64,000 bases of DNA from Candidatus Zhuqueibacterota bacterium (GTDB taxonomy: Bacteria > Zhuqueibacterota > Zhuqueibacteria > Thermofontimicrobiales > Thermofontimicrobiaceae), in NCBI GenBank assembly GCA_049322915.1, contig JBMOPW010000019.1:31774-95773 (forward strand), read 5' to 3'. Position 1 is the first letter of the stretch. Each line of letters begins with the position of its first letter. The notes beneath the pieces were generated by a model, which was not told the origin of the DNA, made no database searches, and was given only the letters and a program-made list of their open reading frames with translations. Below, in pieces: positions 1-10,968 of the stretch. A program made the position numbers and the translations under genes.

Positions 1-1
1 G

Positions 2-172
2 CCGGGTCATGAGACTTATCCCATTTTCCATCACAAGGAAATTCAACGTGTCCTCATCAATGCCGCGCGCTGGGCGAAATCAGCGGAGCGACGGTTCGCC
101 TCCAGTCCCAATGTGCCGCCCCTTGAACATGTGACTAAAAAGGAGATCGATTACACCCGATTCAAACAATGA
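2..172 (+). CDS. ThuA-like (trehalose utilization) protein, C-terminal fragment (5' truncated by window)
   Basis: Manual translation PGHETYPIFHHKEIQRVLINAARWA...KQ* matches the ThuA C-terminal PGHETYP motif; stop overlaps the next start (ATGA). Confidence 0.75.
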   Translation, partial: PGHETYPIFHHKEIQRVLINAARWAKSAERRFASSPNVPPLEHVTKKEIDYTRFKQ

Positions 173-1119
173 AAAAAATGGATGCTATCCCGGACTTGCT
201 CGAAAAAATCAGCCAGGACAATTTGCGGCATTGTCTGTTTTATCTGTCCAAAGATCCGATTCCCTGCCGCACTTTGAATTTCACCCGGCCAGGCAGGGAT
301 ATGTGCACGCTTTACGAGGCCGACGAATTCATCGCCCGGGCGCTCACCGACTCCGGCTGTTCCGTGGAACGGCAGAAAGTGCCAGTCCAGGCATTTCAGC
401 CGGATACCACGGCGCCGCACGGATTTCGGAAGCCGCTTGAATCAGAACCCTGGTACGACTCGTTCAATCTTTTCGGCGTCATCCCCGGCGTAAAAGTCCC
501 GGGCGAGGCTATTGTTTTCATTGCGCACAAAGATACGCAGAGCTGGCTCACCTGCGCCCCGGGGGCGTACGACAATTGCGTTGGTGTTGTCTGTCTGCTG
601 GAATTAGCTCGACTTTCCCGCTATTTCAAACACCAGCGGACCGCGATCTTCCTGTTTCCCAACGAGGAACACTGGCCCTGGACGAGCGTTGCCGCCGCGG
701 AATCTCTGGCAAAATCCCAAATAGACATCATTGCTGTCATCAATGTCGACGGAATTGGCGGAAAATCAACACGGGAAACGGAGGCCGGCAAGGCGACAAA
801 CGTCACCCGTTATTCCACAGCCGAGGGCGAGCGGTTGGCCGACCTGATGGCGGTATTGAATGAAACGTACGCCATTGGACTCGAACAGAGCAAATTTCAT
901 TGCTCAACGCCGAACGATGATGATGGCTCCTTTGTGAACGCCGGCTTTTCCTATTCGGTGCTGAATATCGGCTCGTTCCCATATTCAGAGCCCCATTACC
1001 ATACTCCGGAAGATCGGCCGGAACACGTCGATATTGAAAACCTGACCAAAGCAACTCAATTATGCCTGGCCGCCTTGCTCCATCTCGATGCGTCCGGCAA
1101 CGATTTCAAGGCGAGTTGA
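169..1119 (+). CDS. M28 family Zn-dependent peptidase
   Basis: AHKD, PGAYDN, NEE, INVD and YHTPED motifs. Confidence 0.85.
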   Translation: MKKMDAIPDLLEKISQDNLRHCLFYLSKDPIPCRTLNFTRPGRDMCTLYEADEFIARALTDSGCSVERQKVPVQAFQPDTTAPHGFRKPLESEPWYDSFNLFGVIPGVKVPGEAIVFIAHKDTQSWLTCAPGAYDNCVGVVCLLELARLSRYFKHQRTAIFLFPNEEHWPWTSVAAAESLAKSQIDIIAVINVDGIGGKSTRETEAGKATNVTRYSTAEGERLADLMAVLNETYAIGLEQSKFHCSTPNDDDGSFVNAGFSYSVLNIGSFPYSEPHYHTPEDRPEHVDIENLTKATQLCLAALLHLDASGNDFKAS

Positions 1120-1325
1120 TGGCCGATGGCGTACAGGGCTCCTGTCCCTCAACGTACAGCATTTGAATTTTTTTCTGAATCAGTCGTCGCACGGCAATGA
1201 ATTCGTGTGGTATAACCAATTATAATTGTATGATTAAGTCCCTCAGCACGAACTGCCCATGTGATTTGGAACATTTTTTGTTCCCTCCTTCGTACGAACC
1301 CACATAGTGAAAAAGGTCACTTTCG

Positions 1326-2840
1326 ATGAAGTCATTTTCGAAAATTGCCACGCTCGCAGTACTTGTTCTGCTCACTGCTTTTTCGGAAAACCAGGCGCAA
1401 ATTGCCGACGCGCTTTCCAAAAAATTGGATAACAGTTTCAATCGGCTGGAGTTCACCAGGGACCTCCAGGTCTCTTTTTCGGACAAATCCGTTGAGCAGG
1501 AAATCAGCAATGCTGATATTCTACTCAGGCGCGCGCGGCGGCAACTGCAAAATAATCGGCCTGTCCTCGCCAATCGGTCGTTGAATGAGGCCAACGATCT
1601 GATCAATGTCGCGCTGCGGAAGCTGCTCAAGGAGCCGCTGAGAAAGCAACAGCAGGATCTGGATAGCCTCATTGAAACGGCGAAACTCATTGTGCCGGAC
1701 AGTCAGAATCCCAAAGCGAAAAACCAGTTGAAAATAGGGATAGAAAGCCGGGACGCTGCGCATCGGTATTATCGTCAGAACGAATTTCAAATCGCTTTGA
1801 AGCAAATCAGCCAGGCGTTTTTCCAGGTTCAAAAAGCCATTGACATGGTGAAAAATAGTGACCATGCGACAAAAGTCAAGGTGGAAGAAGAGAAAGCGGT
1901 CTTCGAGAGATTGTTGAAACAGACCGAAGGTAAAATTTCAACGAGCACTCATTCCACTGTGAAGAACAATTATCGACAGGCGATAAAGCTAACGGGCAAG
2001 GCCGAAGCGGCTCAGGCGAATCATGAATTCCAGCAGGCGATTGAATATTATCACCAGGCTACGCGGCTGCTGTTGCGTGCGCTCGATCTGGCCGAGGGCA
2101 ATGGCGACCGGACGGCAGTGAGAGCGCACGAAGAAGTAGCGGCGCTGGACGAACTCATTGAGAATTTTCAAAACAGAGTCCGGGAAGATCAGCAAGACGA
2201 TCGATTCGCGTATCTGGGGACGCGAATTTTACAGTTGCAGCAGGACGCTCACGTCGCGCTGGAAAACAAGAATTACAAATTAGCCTTGATGAACGCCCAG
2301 TTGGCCCGCGACCTCATTCAGCGTCTGGTGAATAACGCGCAATCTCCCCGCGGCGATGCCGATGAATTCCTGCAGGATGAATTTGACCAATTGGGAGTGG
2401 ATATCGAAGAGATCAAAAATCGGGCGAATCAGGCGGGTCATACAGAAGCCCTTGTGCTGCTTGGCTACGGCGAGGTCGCCAGGCAACGGGGCGAGCAATT
2501 TCTTCAGAATCGGAATTTGCGCCTGGCGCGAGAAAGCATTTTGACTGCCAACCGATTCGTCTTTGCCGCGGATGGTTTACTGCGGAATGAACGTTCGGAC
2601 CCGCCGGCCGAAGCGGACGTCCGGCAAAAAATTCAATCTGTCACCAGCGACTTTGAATCCATCCGCGATGATGTAAAAAATTCTCTCAAGCCGGAACTAC
2701 GGGTTCATGTCCAGCAGGCGTTGAAATTACTCAATCTCGCTCAGGAAAATATGAGCCAGAAATACTATTACGTCGCGGATGAATGCGCAGACCAGGCCCG
2801 GACGTTATTCGAAAAATGCCAGGTGCTCCTGGACAAATGA
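1326..2840 (+). CDS. Secreted alpha-helical repeat hypothetical protein
   Basis: Signal peptide-like N-terminus; repeated amphipathic helical pairs. Confidence 0.6.
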   Translation: MKSFSKIATLAVLVLLTAFSENQAQIADALSKKLDNSFNRLEFTRDLQVSFSDKSVEQEISNADILLRRARRQLQNNRPVLANRSLNEANDLINVALRKLLKEPLRKQQQDLDSLIETAKLIVPDSQNPKAKNQLKIGIESRDAAHRYYRQNEFQIALKQISQAFFQVQKAIDMVKNSDHATKVKVEEEKAVFERLLKQTEGKISTSTHSTVKNNYRQAIKLTGKAEAAQANHEFQQAIEYYHQATRLLLRALDLAEGNGDRTAVRAHEEVAALDELIENFQNRVREDQQDDRFAYLGTRILQLQQDAHVALENKNYKLALMNAQLARDLIQRLVNNAQSPRGDADEFLQDEFDQLGVDIEEIKNRANQAGHTEALVLLGYGEVARQRGEQFLQNRNLRLARESILTANRFVFAADGLLRNERSDPPAEADVRQKIQSVTSDFESIRDDVKNSLKPELRVHVQQALKLLNLAQENMSQKYYYVADECADQARTLFEKCQVLLDK

Positions 2841-3101
2841 AATCGCCGGAAATCGCCCCGGCCATTCCATTTCAGTCCGCTTCGGACATGGACTCAGTTG
2901 TCGTCTGCGCGCCACTATTTTTCGAAGTGATCAAAGCGCCCCGCGCAAACAGACCCGGCGCGGATCCATCCTGTTTCCAATTCTTTCGACATACTCCATC
3001 TTCCTTAACACCCCACAGCACCAGTGATTAATAGTTTTTGAAATTATGCCGAAAACTATTCTGGTAATTATGCCCCGAAAATTACGTCTGCCCGGCGCAG
3101 A

Positions 3102-4256
3102 ATGGGCACGCTATCGTGTGAACTCATCAGGATTCACCTTTTGAACGAAAATATTCTCATCGTCGAGGACAATGAATTTGTCCAGAAAAATTTGGTTCGG
3201 CTGCTCAAACTGGAGCATTACCATGTCGCCGTTGCCGATAACGGTGAAATTGCTTTGCGCGTGATGCAACACTTCACCCCCGATTTGATCCTCTCCGACA
3301 TCATGATGCCAGTCATGGATGGCTACGAACTTTTCGAACACCTTCAGCAGAACTTTGATTTGAAGAATACGCCGTTCATTTTTCTCACTTCCAAAAGTGA
3401 CCAGCAGGATATCCGTCTTGCCAAACGCCTCGGCGCCGATGATTACATTATCAAACCATACGATAGCGAAGATGTCCTGATCACCATTCGCGCGCGTCTG
3501 GATAAATTCCGCTCCATCAGGGAAAATTTCCAGAAGGAAGTCGAGGAGTTGAAGCAGGAAATTCTGTTCAAATTATCCCATGAAATCAGGACGCCTATTG
3601 CCGTGGTCAAAGGAGTGAGCGAACTCATTTCATCGTCCAAAAACATGTCCATCGACGACCTTCACCAGATGGCGCAGATTTTGAGCCATGGCTCCAATCG
3701 ATTGGAAAAACTGATCAACAAATTTCTCACTGTCAAAAGCCTCGCAGAAATACTTCAGGAGCCAGGCAAACGCCAGCTCTATCAATCTCAACAATTTGAA
3801 ATATCGTCCGGTCTGGAAAGCTCACTGCGCGACTCGTTTGAAGCGGCGTTGCAGGAATACAGCATCGACTTGAAAATATCCTGGGAAGATCGCCACCAAT
3901 CTCTTTACCCGATATTCCACAATCATTTGAAATCCATTCTATCTGAGCTGCTGGAGAATGCGATAAAATTTTCAGCCAATGGCGGCCTGGTTGAACTTTC
4001 CATCCTGAACTCCAGCGGCGGATTGACCATCGACATCACCGACCAGGGAATTGGCGTCCCTGAAAGTGAAATTCCAAAGCTCTACACAAAATTTTATCAG
4101 TACAACCGTCAAAAGATGGAACAACAGGGCGCGGGTCTTGGTTTGACAATTGTTCAATCCATTGTGAACCTGTACAATGGCCAGATCGAATTCCGAAGCG
4201 AAGTCGGCGTTGGAACGCGCGTCAGAATAGTCATCAAATCACCTGCAGCGTCCTGA
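3102..4256 (+). CDS. Hybrid response regulator/histidine kinase (REC-HisKA-HATPase)
   Basis: ILIVEDN...SDIMMP...IIKP receiver; SHEIRTP H-box; ENAIKF, DQGIG, GAGLGL; true start may be near 3141. Confidence 0.9.
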   Translation: MGTLSCELIRIHLLNENILIVEDNEFVQKNLVRLLKLEHYHVAVADNGEIALRVMQHFTPDLILSDIMMPVMDGYELFEHLQQNFDLKNTPFIFLTSKSDQQDIRLAKRLGADDYIIKPYDSEDVLITIRARLDKFRSIRENFQKEVEELKQEILFKLSHEIRTPIAVVKGVSELISSSKNMSIDDLHQMAQILSHGSNRLEKLINKFLTVKSLAEILQEPGKRQLYQSQQFEISSGLESSLRDSFEAALQEYSIDLKISWEDRHQSLYPIFHNHLKSILSELLENAIKFSANGGLVELSILNSSGGLTIDITDQGIGVPESEIPKLYTKFYQYNRQKMEQQGAGLGLTIVQSIVNLYNGQIEFRSEVGVGTRVRIVIKSPAAS

Positions 4257-4260
4257 GTTT

Positions 4261-5889
4261 TTGTCGCACCTGGCTCAGGGCTGGCGCTTTCAATCTTTCA
4301 CCACATGGCATCTGTTGTTTGCCCGGGCGGTTGGGAAATTCATGAATACTCGGCGGAACTTGTTTTCAGTCAAAGAGCCTTATGTGCACGTCTTGTTTTT
4401 GCCATTGGCTGTCTACCTCATTTTCATTTACCTGTTGACGCTGAACCCGTTTCGATTCTCCCTCCATTATCTTCATCAATTTTTACAATTCAGACTGGGC
4501 CTCATTCATTCCATCATCGGCAAGCTGAGCTGGTACGATATTCTGCTGAATCTGCTGATGTTTGTCCCGGTTGGATCCATCCTCGGAGTTTACTGGCGTC
4601 TCGACGGGGCAACGATGCGTCGCGCCGCGCTGGCCGGTACTGGCCTCGGATTTCTATCGAGCGCTTCCATTGAAATCGCCCAGTTATTTCTGCCCCGCAC
4701 ATTCTCGATTTTCGACATTTTTACCAATAGCCTCGGCGCTGGCATCGGCGTCATGCTTGCTTTTTCAATTCAAAAACAGCGATTGCAGTGCTGGTTACAG
4801 ACAATGTATTTCAAAAAAACACAGTTTTATTGGTGGCTCATCATCGTCTATTCGTCCTTTACCACAGTCGTTTTGCTCGTCCCTTGCTATTTCAACCACT
4901 TTGGCAACTGGAACGAGAGTTACCAGCTTTTCATCGGAAATGAGAAAACAATGAACCGTCCCTGGCAGGGCGCTGTTCAGAAAATTTCCATTTTCAATAA
5001 AGCGTTATCAACGGCCAAAATCGAGACGCTCTATCAAACAGATCCAACGCTGAATACACCGGCAGACCATGCCGCCGGACTCCTCGCGGAGTATATTTTC
5101 AATTCCGCCCCGGTGATAAATCGCGGTTTTCTGGGACAGGATTTGGAATTGCTGCCCTGGCGCGATTCCTGCATTCATGACAATTCGAATCCGGCGATAT
5201 TAGCCGATGATCGTGACGTCTTCCGAACAGCGAAACCAGCCTCCCGTCTCACCCGATTTTTGAAAGACGCCAATCGGCTGAGTGTCGTCATCTGGCTGAA
5301 ACCCACGACATTGCAGCAGACAGGTCCGGCGAGAATCATCTCGCTTTCCGAGGATTGCGACAATCGGAACTTCACCCTGGGACAGAGCGGTTCGATGCTC
5401 AATTTCAGAGTCAGGACTCCTTTGACCGGTAATAACGGCAACCGGGTCAGCCTTCATTCCGATCCTGTCCTGCAAACCAGCGCCATTCAGTGCGTAGCAG
5501 CCACCTATCATCGCGGCGAGATGCGACTCTATCATAATTCCCGGCAGGCGCCCGGCATCGTCTATGACACAAGCCCTTACCTGCCGCTGCTGATTGGCCT
5601 GCGGGAGGACAAATTCGGTAAACTCATTTTCTGTTTGTTCCTGCTCTATCCTCTGGGCTGGTTTGCACGCGGCCTGTCGCATCATCGAACCACGAAATAT
5701 CTCCTTTCCAGCGCGATTATTTTCCTCCCGTTTCTGGCGTCGTCCACCATTAAAGTATTGCATTTCCGACATCGGCTGGATCTGCCTCTGCTTTTCGCAG
5801 TGATTGCCGCGGCGATGTTTGTGGCGGTTAGCGGATTTCTTTTCGATCTACTCAAAAACCGTTACAGCGCCATTCGAGAAAACCAGTGA
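4261..5889 (+). CDS. VanZ-like membrane protein with LamG/concanavalin-like domain
   Basis: NLLMFVPVG...IEIAQLFLPRTFSIFDIFTN VanZ motif; GPARIIS...NFTLGQ LamG-like segment; start uncertain. Confidence 0.75.
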   Translation: MSHLAQGWRFQSFTTWHLLFARAVGKFMNTRRNLFSVKEPYVHVLFLPLAVYLIFIYLLTLNPFRFSLHYLHQFLQFRLGLIHSIIGKLSWYDILLNLLMFVPVGSILGVYWRLDGATMRRAALAGTGLGFLSSASIEIAQLFLPRTFSIFDIFTNSLGAGIGVMLAFSIQKQRLQCWLQTMYFKKTQFYWWLIIVYSSFTTVVLLVPCYFNHFGNWNESYQLFIGNEKTMNRPWQGAVQKISIFNKALSTAKIETLYQTDPTLNTPADHAAGLLAEYIFNSAPVINRGFLGQDLELLPWRDSCIHDNSNPAILADDRDVFRTAKPASRLTRFLKDANRLSVVIWLKPTTLQQTGPARIISLSEDCDNRNFTLGQSGSMLNFRVRTPLTGNNGNRVSLHSDPVLQTSAIQCVAATYHRGEMRLYHNSRQAPGIVYDTSPYLPLLIGLREDKFGKLIFCLFLLYPLGWFARGLSHHRTTKYLLSSAIIFLPFLASSTIKVLHFRHRLDLPLLFAVIAAAMFVAVSGFLFDLLKNRYSAIRENQ

Positions 5890-6196
5890 AGCCGGCCGGG
5901 ATTTGTTTTCCTCTCTGTGCGATTCGATGCCAACGAAAATTGCTATTCACCAGCGCACCGAAATGGTGTGTGTAAATTACCAACATCAACTCGAGAAATC
6001 TCTGTGTCAATACACCACGATTGTGCCACTCCCGCCGGTCACGCGGGTTGATTAATAATTTAAATTTATGGCACTTAACCGAGTGATTCCATTCTGGTAC
6101 AGGAGTTGCTTGAATTGAAGCAGCATCATCTACGTACTTTTCCCCCGGGGATAATTCAATCAACTCATTGCTAAACGGATGGATCGGAGGTAAATC

Positions 6197-8416
6197 ATGC
6201 AGTCAGTACAATTAAAACAGGTTGTCTTCCTCGTGCTGTTACTTTTAGGATTTTTCATCATTTTTGGGATAATCATTTACACGAGCACAGCCAGAGCAGA
6301 AGTCAGCGAGGAAACGAGCGCCGGCAAGAAAAAGGTCATCGAATACGCTGAAGTGGACGTGACCATCGAAGACGACGAGGTCATCGAAGGCGATATTATC
6401 ATCCGGGATGGCTCTCTCTCAATAAGTGGTGATATCTACGGCGATGTGATCGCATTCAACGCGATTGTCAATCTGGACTCCAACGCCAGTATTTACGGGC
6501 ACGTGGTGAATTACATGGGAAAAATTACCCGGCATAAAAAAGCGCGCATTGCCGGCGACATCGTGCATCTCGGAAACGAGATCGAAGTTGAGCAAAGCCG
6601 CGACTTCACGGAGTTTGAGTTCAATTTGACCACGTTTGAAGACAATGTGGAAATTTATTCGGATACCACAATCACCGGAGACATCGTTCTGCTGGACAGT
6701 GACATCACAATATCGGGCAAAGTGGATGGAGACGTCATTAATATTTTGGGTGATATAATTTTGACCGAGACAGGCGCTATCGATGGTCATGTCATTAATT
6801 ACAAGGGGAAAATTGAAACCCATCCCGGCGCGCTGGTGACAGGACGCAATTTGATCCTCGATCATGGCACAGTTCAGGCAGACAGTGAAACTGAAGCCGA
6901 GGAAGAGGCGGAGTTACAGGAGAGAATTGAGAAGAAGTATCTGAAAAAATCCCGCAACAAAAATTCGGACATTTTCCGATTTATGGGCGACGTCACCATC
7001 GAAAAAGATGAACTGATCCGCGGCGATGTTGTGGCATTTCGAGGGACAGTCACGGTGGAGGGCGAAGTGGACGGCGATGTGGTCGCCATCTTCGGCAATG
7101 TCGAATTGGACAGCGCCGCGTATGTCGATGGTGAAGTGGTGAGCGTTGGCGGAAAAGTCTTTCGCGAGGATGGCGCTTACGTGAGCGGCGATATGGTTCA
7201 GACTTCTCTGACCGGCGTCAAAGTCGATAATGCCGATCAGCATGTTTCCGAACGTGAAAGAGACGATTCCGGCAATTCAAAAGATGAAGATGATTGGGAT
7301 CGAAAGAAGCGACGAAATAGCTGGGATAAAGATTTCGATGACGAGCCTTTCATGTTTCGCTACAATCGCGTGGAAGGTCTGTTTTTAGGGCTGCGCATTC
7401 CGCAAAATGATTGGCACGATGAAGACGGCGGTGGTTTCCATCTTTTCGGGCACGCCGGATATGGGTTCGCCGGGAAACGCGGCAGTTATCAGATCGGATT
7501 TGGACGAGGCTTTTTCGATCAATTTGGATTTTCACTTGGCGTTGAAGCGCACGATATGATAGAAACAGATGATAAATGGATCATGCAGGAATTCGAAAAC
7601 TCACTCGCCGCCATGTTGATCAAAGAAGATTTCCACGACTTCTACCGACGCGAGGGTTACTCGCTCTATGCGTCCCAGAACATCACCCAGTATTTGCGCG
7701 TATCGGCTGAATATCGGAAAGACATCCACCACAATCTGGAAAAAAACACCAACTGGTCGTTGTTCGGCGGCAAGAAAAAATTCCGCGAAAATCCGGCCAT
7801 CGATGAAATTGACTTTATGAGCCTGATCGCCAAAATCACGATTGATTCCCGCGATGACTACAAATACCCGGATCAGGGCTGGCTGATCACTCTCTCCGGA
7901 GAATACGCCGGAAAGGATTTCAACGACAATGGCGTGAACTTCGACCGGTTCATCGTCGATGTGCGGCGATACCAGCCATTGAGCTACGGCGAAAATTTGA
8001 ATTTCAGGATTCGCGCAGGCTCATCGCGGGGCGTGCTTCCGCAGCAATACCTGTTTGACCTGGGTGGTATTTCAACATTGCCCGGTTATAAATTCAAAGA
8101 ATTCGAGAATCACAACCGAATGGTGCTGGGAAATCTTGAATATCAAATCAGGGAAAACAGGAATCCGATCAACGACTTTCTGGCCTTTGATGATATGAAC
8201 CTGATTATCTTCGCCAGCGCCGGCTATGTCTGGTCTGTGGAGAATACCGATAAAGCGACCCATGGTTTCAAGAGCCTGGTTTGGGATGATCTGTACACAG
8301 ATGTTGGCGTGGCGCTGTGCAATCGCGATGGTAATGTACGGCTCAACATAGCCAAACGTATGGATGAACATGACCGGCCGGTGATCGTTACCTTCCGTAT
8401 CAGTCGGCCGTTCTGA
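6197..8416 (+). CDS. Bactofilin-like beta-helix repeats fused to a BamA/TamA-family outer membrane barrel
   Basis: Repeated GDVV/GDII-G-V motifs; RYNRVEG, LGGISTLPGY; C-terminal Phe. Confidence 0.75.
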   Translation: MQSVQLKQVVFLVLLLLGFFIIFGIIIYTSTARAEVSEETSAGKKKVIEYAEVDVTIEDDEVIEGDIIIRDGSLSISGDIYGDVIAFNAIVNLDSNASIYGHVVNYMGKITRHKKARIAGDIVHLGNEIEVEQSRDFTEFEFNLTTFEDNVEIYSDTTITGDIVLLDSDITISGKVDGDVINILGDIILTETGAIDGHVINYKGKIETHPGALVTGRNLILDHGTVQADSETEAEEEAELQERIEKKYLKKSRNKNSDIFRFMGDVTIEKDELIRGDVVAFRGTVTVEGEVDGDVVAIFGNVELDSAAYVDGEVVSVGGKVFREDGAYVSGDMVQTSLTGVKVDNADQHVSERERDDSGNSKDEDDWDRKKRRNSWDKDFDDEPFMFRYNRVEGLFLGLRIPQNDWHDEDGGGFHLFGHAGYGFAGKRGSYQIGFGRGFFDQFGFSLGVEAHDMIETDDKWIMQEFENSLAAMLIKEDFHDFYRREGYSLYASQNITQYLRVSAEYRKDIHHNLEKNTNWSLFGGKKKFRENPAIDEIDFMSLIAKITIDSRDDYKYPDQGWLITLSGEYAGKDFNDNGVNFDRFIVDVRRYQPLSYGENLNFRIRAGSSRGVLPQQYLFDLGGISTLPGYKFKEFENHNRMVLGNLEYQIRENRNPINDFLAFDDMNLIIFASAGYVWSVENTDKATHGFKSLVWDDLYTDVGVALCNRDGNVRLNIAKRMDEHDRPVIVTFRISRPF

Positions 8417-8446
8417 GAAAATAACTCTCCTATTTTTGTGGTGAAG

Positions 8447-8490
8447 CGACAGCCGGGCCTGGTTCATGGCGCCGGCTGTCGTTTCATTTG
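8447..8490 (+). terminator. Putative intrinsic terminator
   Basis: cgacagccgg / ccggctgtcg stem followed by tttcattt. Confidence 0.5.
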
Positions 8491-8689
8491 TACCGGACTT
8501 TTGTCTGCGATTCGATAGCGCCGGAATGTTGTTCGCGGCAACTTTTATCCGATGGGCATCGTAGACAATGTTCGCTGATTCACACGACAGTAAATGATTG
8601 ACCAACGCGGCAGTTCTTTGACAATGATAAGACCTTCCGGAACCCTGAACCGAGCCTTTTGAATTTCAGCCTGGAACGAGAAATTTTAC

Positions 8690-8717
8690 TTGACATCCAT
8701 CAAAAAAATTCTTTAAT
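8690..8717 (+). promoter_or_regulatory. Sigma70-like promoter
   Basis: TTGACA-16 bp-TTTAAT upstream of the epimerase gene. Confidence 0.55.
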
Positions 8718-8841
8718 TAGTCCACCTGAATTTATCCCCTGTCTGAAGACAATCGAGCTCCGTCTTATAGGCCATGACTGTCAAGCCGACGGGATTAAAC
8801 ACTGAAAATTGTTCACGCAGAATTAATCAGGGAAAAAGTCC

Positions 8842-9912
8842 ATGGATGTTTTGATTATCGGCGGCACCCGGTTTCTGGGACTCCATTTAACAGAAGCGTT
8901 ATTGAAGGGCAACCAGAATGTGACCCTAATGAATCGCGGTTCGAGGAGGAATCAAATTCCCTTTTATGAAGATGTGGAATGGCTTATCTGCGACCGGCAT
9001 CATGAAGACAAATTGAGATCGCTCCTGACGAACCGAAAGTTTGATGTGGTCATCGATAATTGCGCCTATTTCCCGGAGGACGTGGAATTGACAGTGAACC
9101 TGCTTCGCGGCAAAATTGGTAAATACATTTTCACCAGCAGCATGGCTGTGGCCATTACCAAAGAGCCGGATGAACGATTGGTCCTGCCAATTCCCAATCG
9201 TCGGTTGTTCGACACATCTTCGTACAATACCTACGCGTTCAACAAATCCGCTATCGAAGAATTTCTCGTCGACCAATTCGAGAAATTCGGTTTCCCGTTC
9301 ATTTGCCTGCGGCCGGCTGAAATCAACGGGCCGGGCGAAATTCGCGAGTGGTATTACATCGACCGCGTTAAAAACGGGCGTCAGAAGTTGCTCATTCCGG
9401 GCACCGGCGAGAATCTGATTCAACCCGGGTACATTGACGATATTGTGCAGGCCTACCTTTTAGCCATCGTGAAAGAGAATGCCATCGGAGAATGCTACAA
9501 TTTGAGCGGTGAGGAGATTATCAACCTCAACGATTTCATTAAAACAGTGGCCGAAGTGCTGGCAGAGCGCGTCAAGATCGTCAATATTCCTTATCCGCTC
9601 TTCCGTCAACTGGTGCCGACGAAATACTTTTTCCCGTTTTGCAACAAGCATTCCTTCATCGTGGACATTTCGAAAATTAAAAATGAGCTGGGCTATCAGC
9701 CGGAAGTCACCATCAAGGAAGGTCTCAGGAAGAGTATCGAAAACTGGGAGAGTCTTTACAATAAAAAGGTGACTCCTTTCAATCCGACTGGCGAATTCGA
9801 ATTTATCAGCTACGATCTGGAAGATGTTTTCATCTCGGTGTGGGAACAAGAAATGGCTGCCACCAATGAGCGCGTTCGCCATGAGTTGTTGGAGCGGGGA
9901 ATGCTCATTTAA
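8842..9912 (+). CDS. NAD-dependent epimerase/dehydratase (extended/atypical SDR)
   Basis: IIGGTRFLG Rossmann motif; YAFNK YxxxK. Confidence 0.85.
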   Translation: MDVLIIGGTRFLGLHLTEALLKGNQNVTLMNRGSRRNQIPFYEDVEWLICDRHHEDKLRSLLTNRKFDVVIDNCAYFPEDVELTVNLLRGKIGKYIFTSSMAVAITKEPDERLVLPIPNRRLFDTSSYNTYAFNKSAIEEFLVDQFEKFGFPFICLRPAEINGPGEIREWYYIDRVKNGRQKLLIPGTGENLIQPGYIDDIVQAYLLAIVKENAIGECYNLSGEEIINLNDFIKTVAEVLAERVKIVNIPYPLFRQLVPTKYFFPFCNKHSFIVDISKIKNELGYQPEVTIKEGLRKSIENWESLYNKKVTPFNPTGEFEFISYDLEDVFISVWEQEMAATNERVRHELLERGMLI

Positions 9913-10082
9913 TTGTCCGGCTATCAGCCTAATGTTGATTGAACTCTTCCTCTGATTCGTTTCACTGAAAGCAACTCCCACCTGCTGCGCGTTGGCAACA
10001 CTTTCACCCGCAACGACAGGACAGTCCGCCGACTTGCCCTGTTACGTTTCACATGAACATTCATAAATTCAGAGGAATTACC

Positions 10083-10949
10083 ATGAAATCAATGATGCCC
10101 AAACATGCAACCATTTTTCTAATTGCCCTTTTCAGCCTGGTTCTATTCAGCTTCAATCTCTTTGGCTCCAATTTCAAAAAGATTGAGAAAACGTTCGCCA
10201 TTCGGGGAAACGCGCCCCTGTCGATTTATATCGACGCCGACGCCGGTGAGATTTCCGTCTGTAAAAACGACTCGTCCGACGAGATCGCCATTCGCGCGGA
10301 CGTGAATGACGAGGTGGATGAATTGGAAATGGGAATGGATGAACGCCAGAACGAATTTTCGATTTCTCTGGAAAGGAAGAAGTGGCTGAAATCCATGGAT
10401 AACGAGGGCTCGTCCGAACTGGAAATCAGACTCCCGGTCAGTGTGATCCTTCAATTGACCGGCGCCATCAAAGCCGGCCGAATCGAGTTCGATTTGGGCG
10501 GACTCAAACTCAAGAATCTTGAACTTCGCAATATGGCCGGGGAGGCCATTGTCGACTTTCCTGAGCCCAATCCAATCGAAATGGAATCGCTGGATATCAA
10601 TGTCAGCGTTGGAGAAACAACCCTGAGACGATTGGGCAACGCCCGCTTCCACGATGCCAATATCAACGGCGGCATTGGCGATTTACACATCGATCTCACC
10701 GGGGAAATTCTGACAAAATCCGAAGCGGACATCGATCTGGATATCGGCGCCACGACTGTGTATCTGCCAACCGATAGCGGCATTCGGCTGAAAAGCTCGA
10801 CATGGGGATTTCTCACGGAAACAAATCTTGACACCGAATTTCATAAAAAGGGAAGATATTATTTCAGCAAAAATTACGATACTGCCGGGCGCATCATGTA
10901 TATTTCCATCAGTTCCGGCGTGGGCGAGCTCAAAGTAAAGTTTCGCTAA
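10083..10949 (+). CDS. LiaF/DUF2154-like (toast-rack) exported protein
   Basis: Signal peptide; repeated I-x-G-x-G beta motifs; start 10083 follows agaggaa SD (ORF track start 10053). Confidence 0.65.
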   Translation: MKSMMPKHATIFLIALFSLVLFSFNLFGSNFKKIEKTFAIRGNAPLSIYIDADAGEISVCKNDSSDEIAIRADVNDEVDELEMGMDERQNEFSISLERKKWLKSMDNEGSSELEIRLPVSVILQLTGAIKAGRIEFDLGGLKLKNLELRNMAGEAIVDFPEPNPIEMESLDINVSVGETTLRRLGNARFHDANINGGIGDLHIDLTGEILTKSEADIDLDIGATTVYLPTDSGIRLKSSTWGFLTETNLDTEFHKKGRYYFSKNYDTAGRIMYISISSGVGELKVKFR

Positions 10950-10968
10950 ATCAATCAGGGAGTAACCT

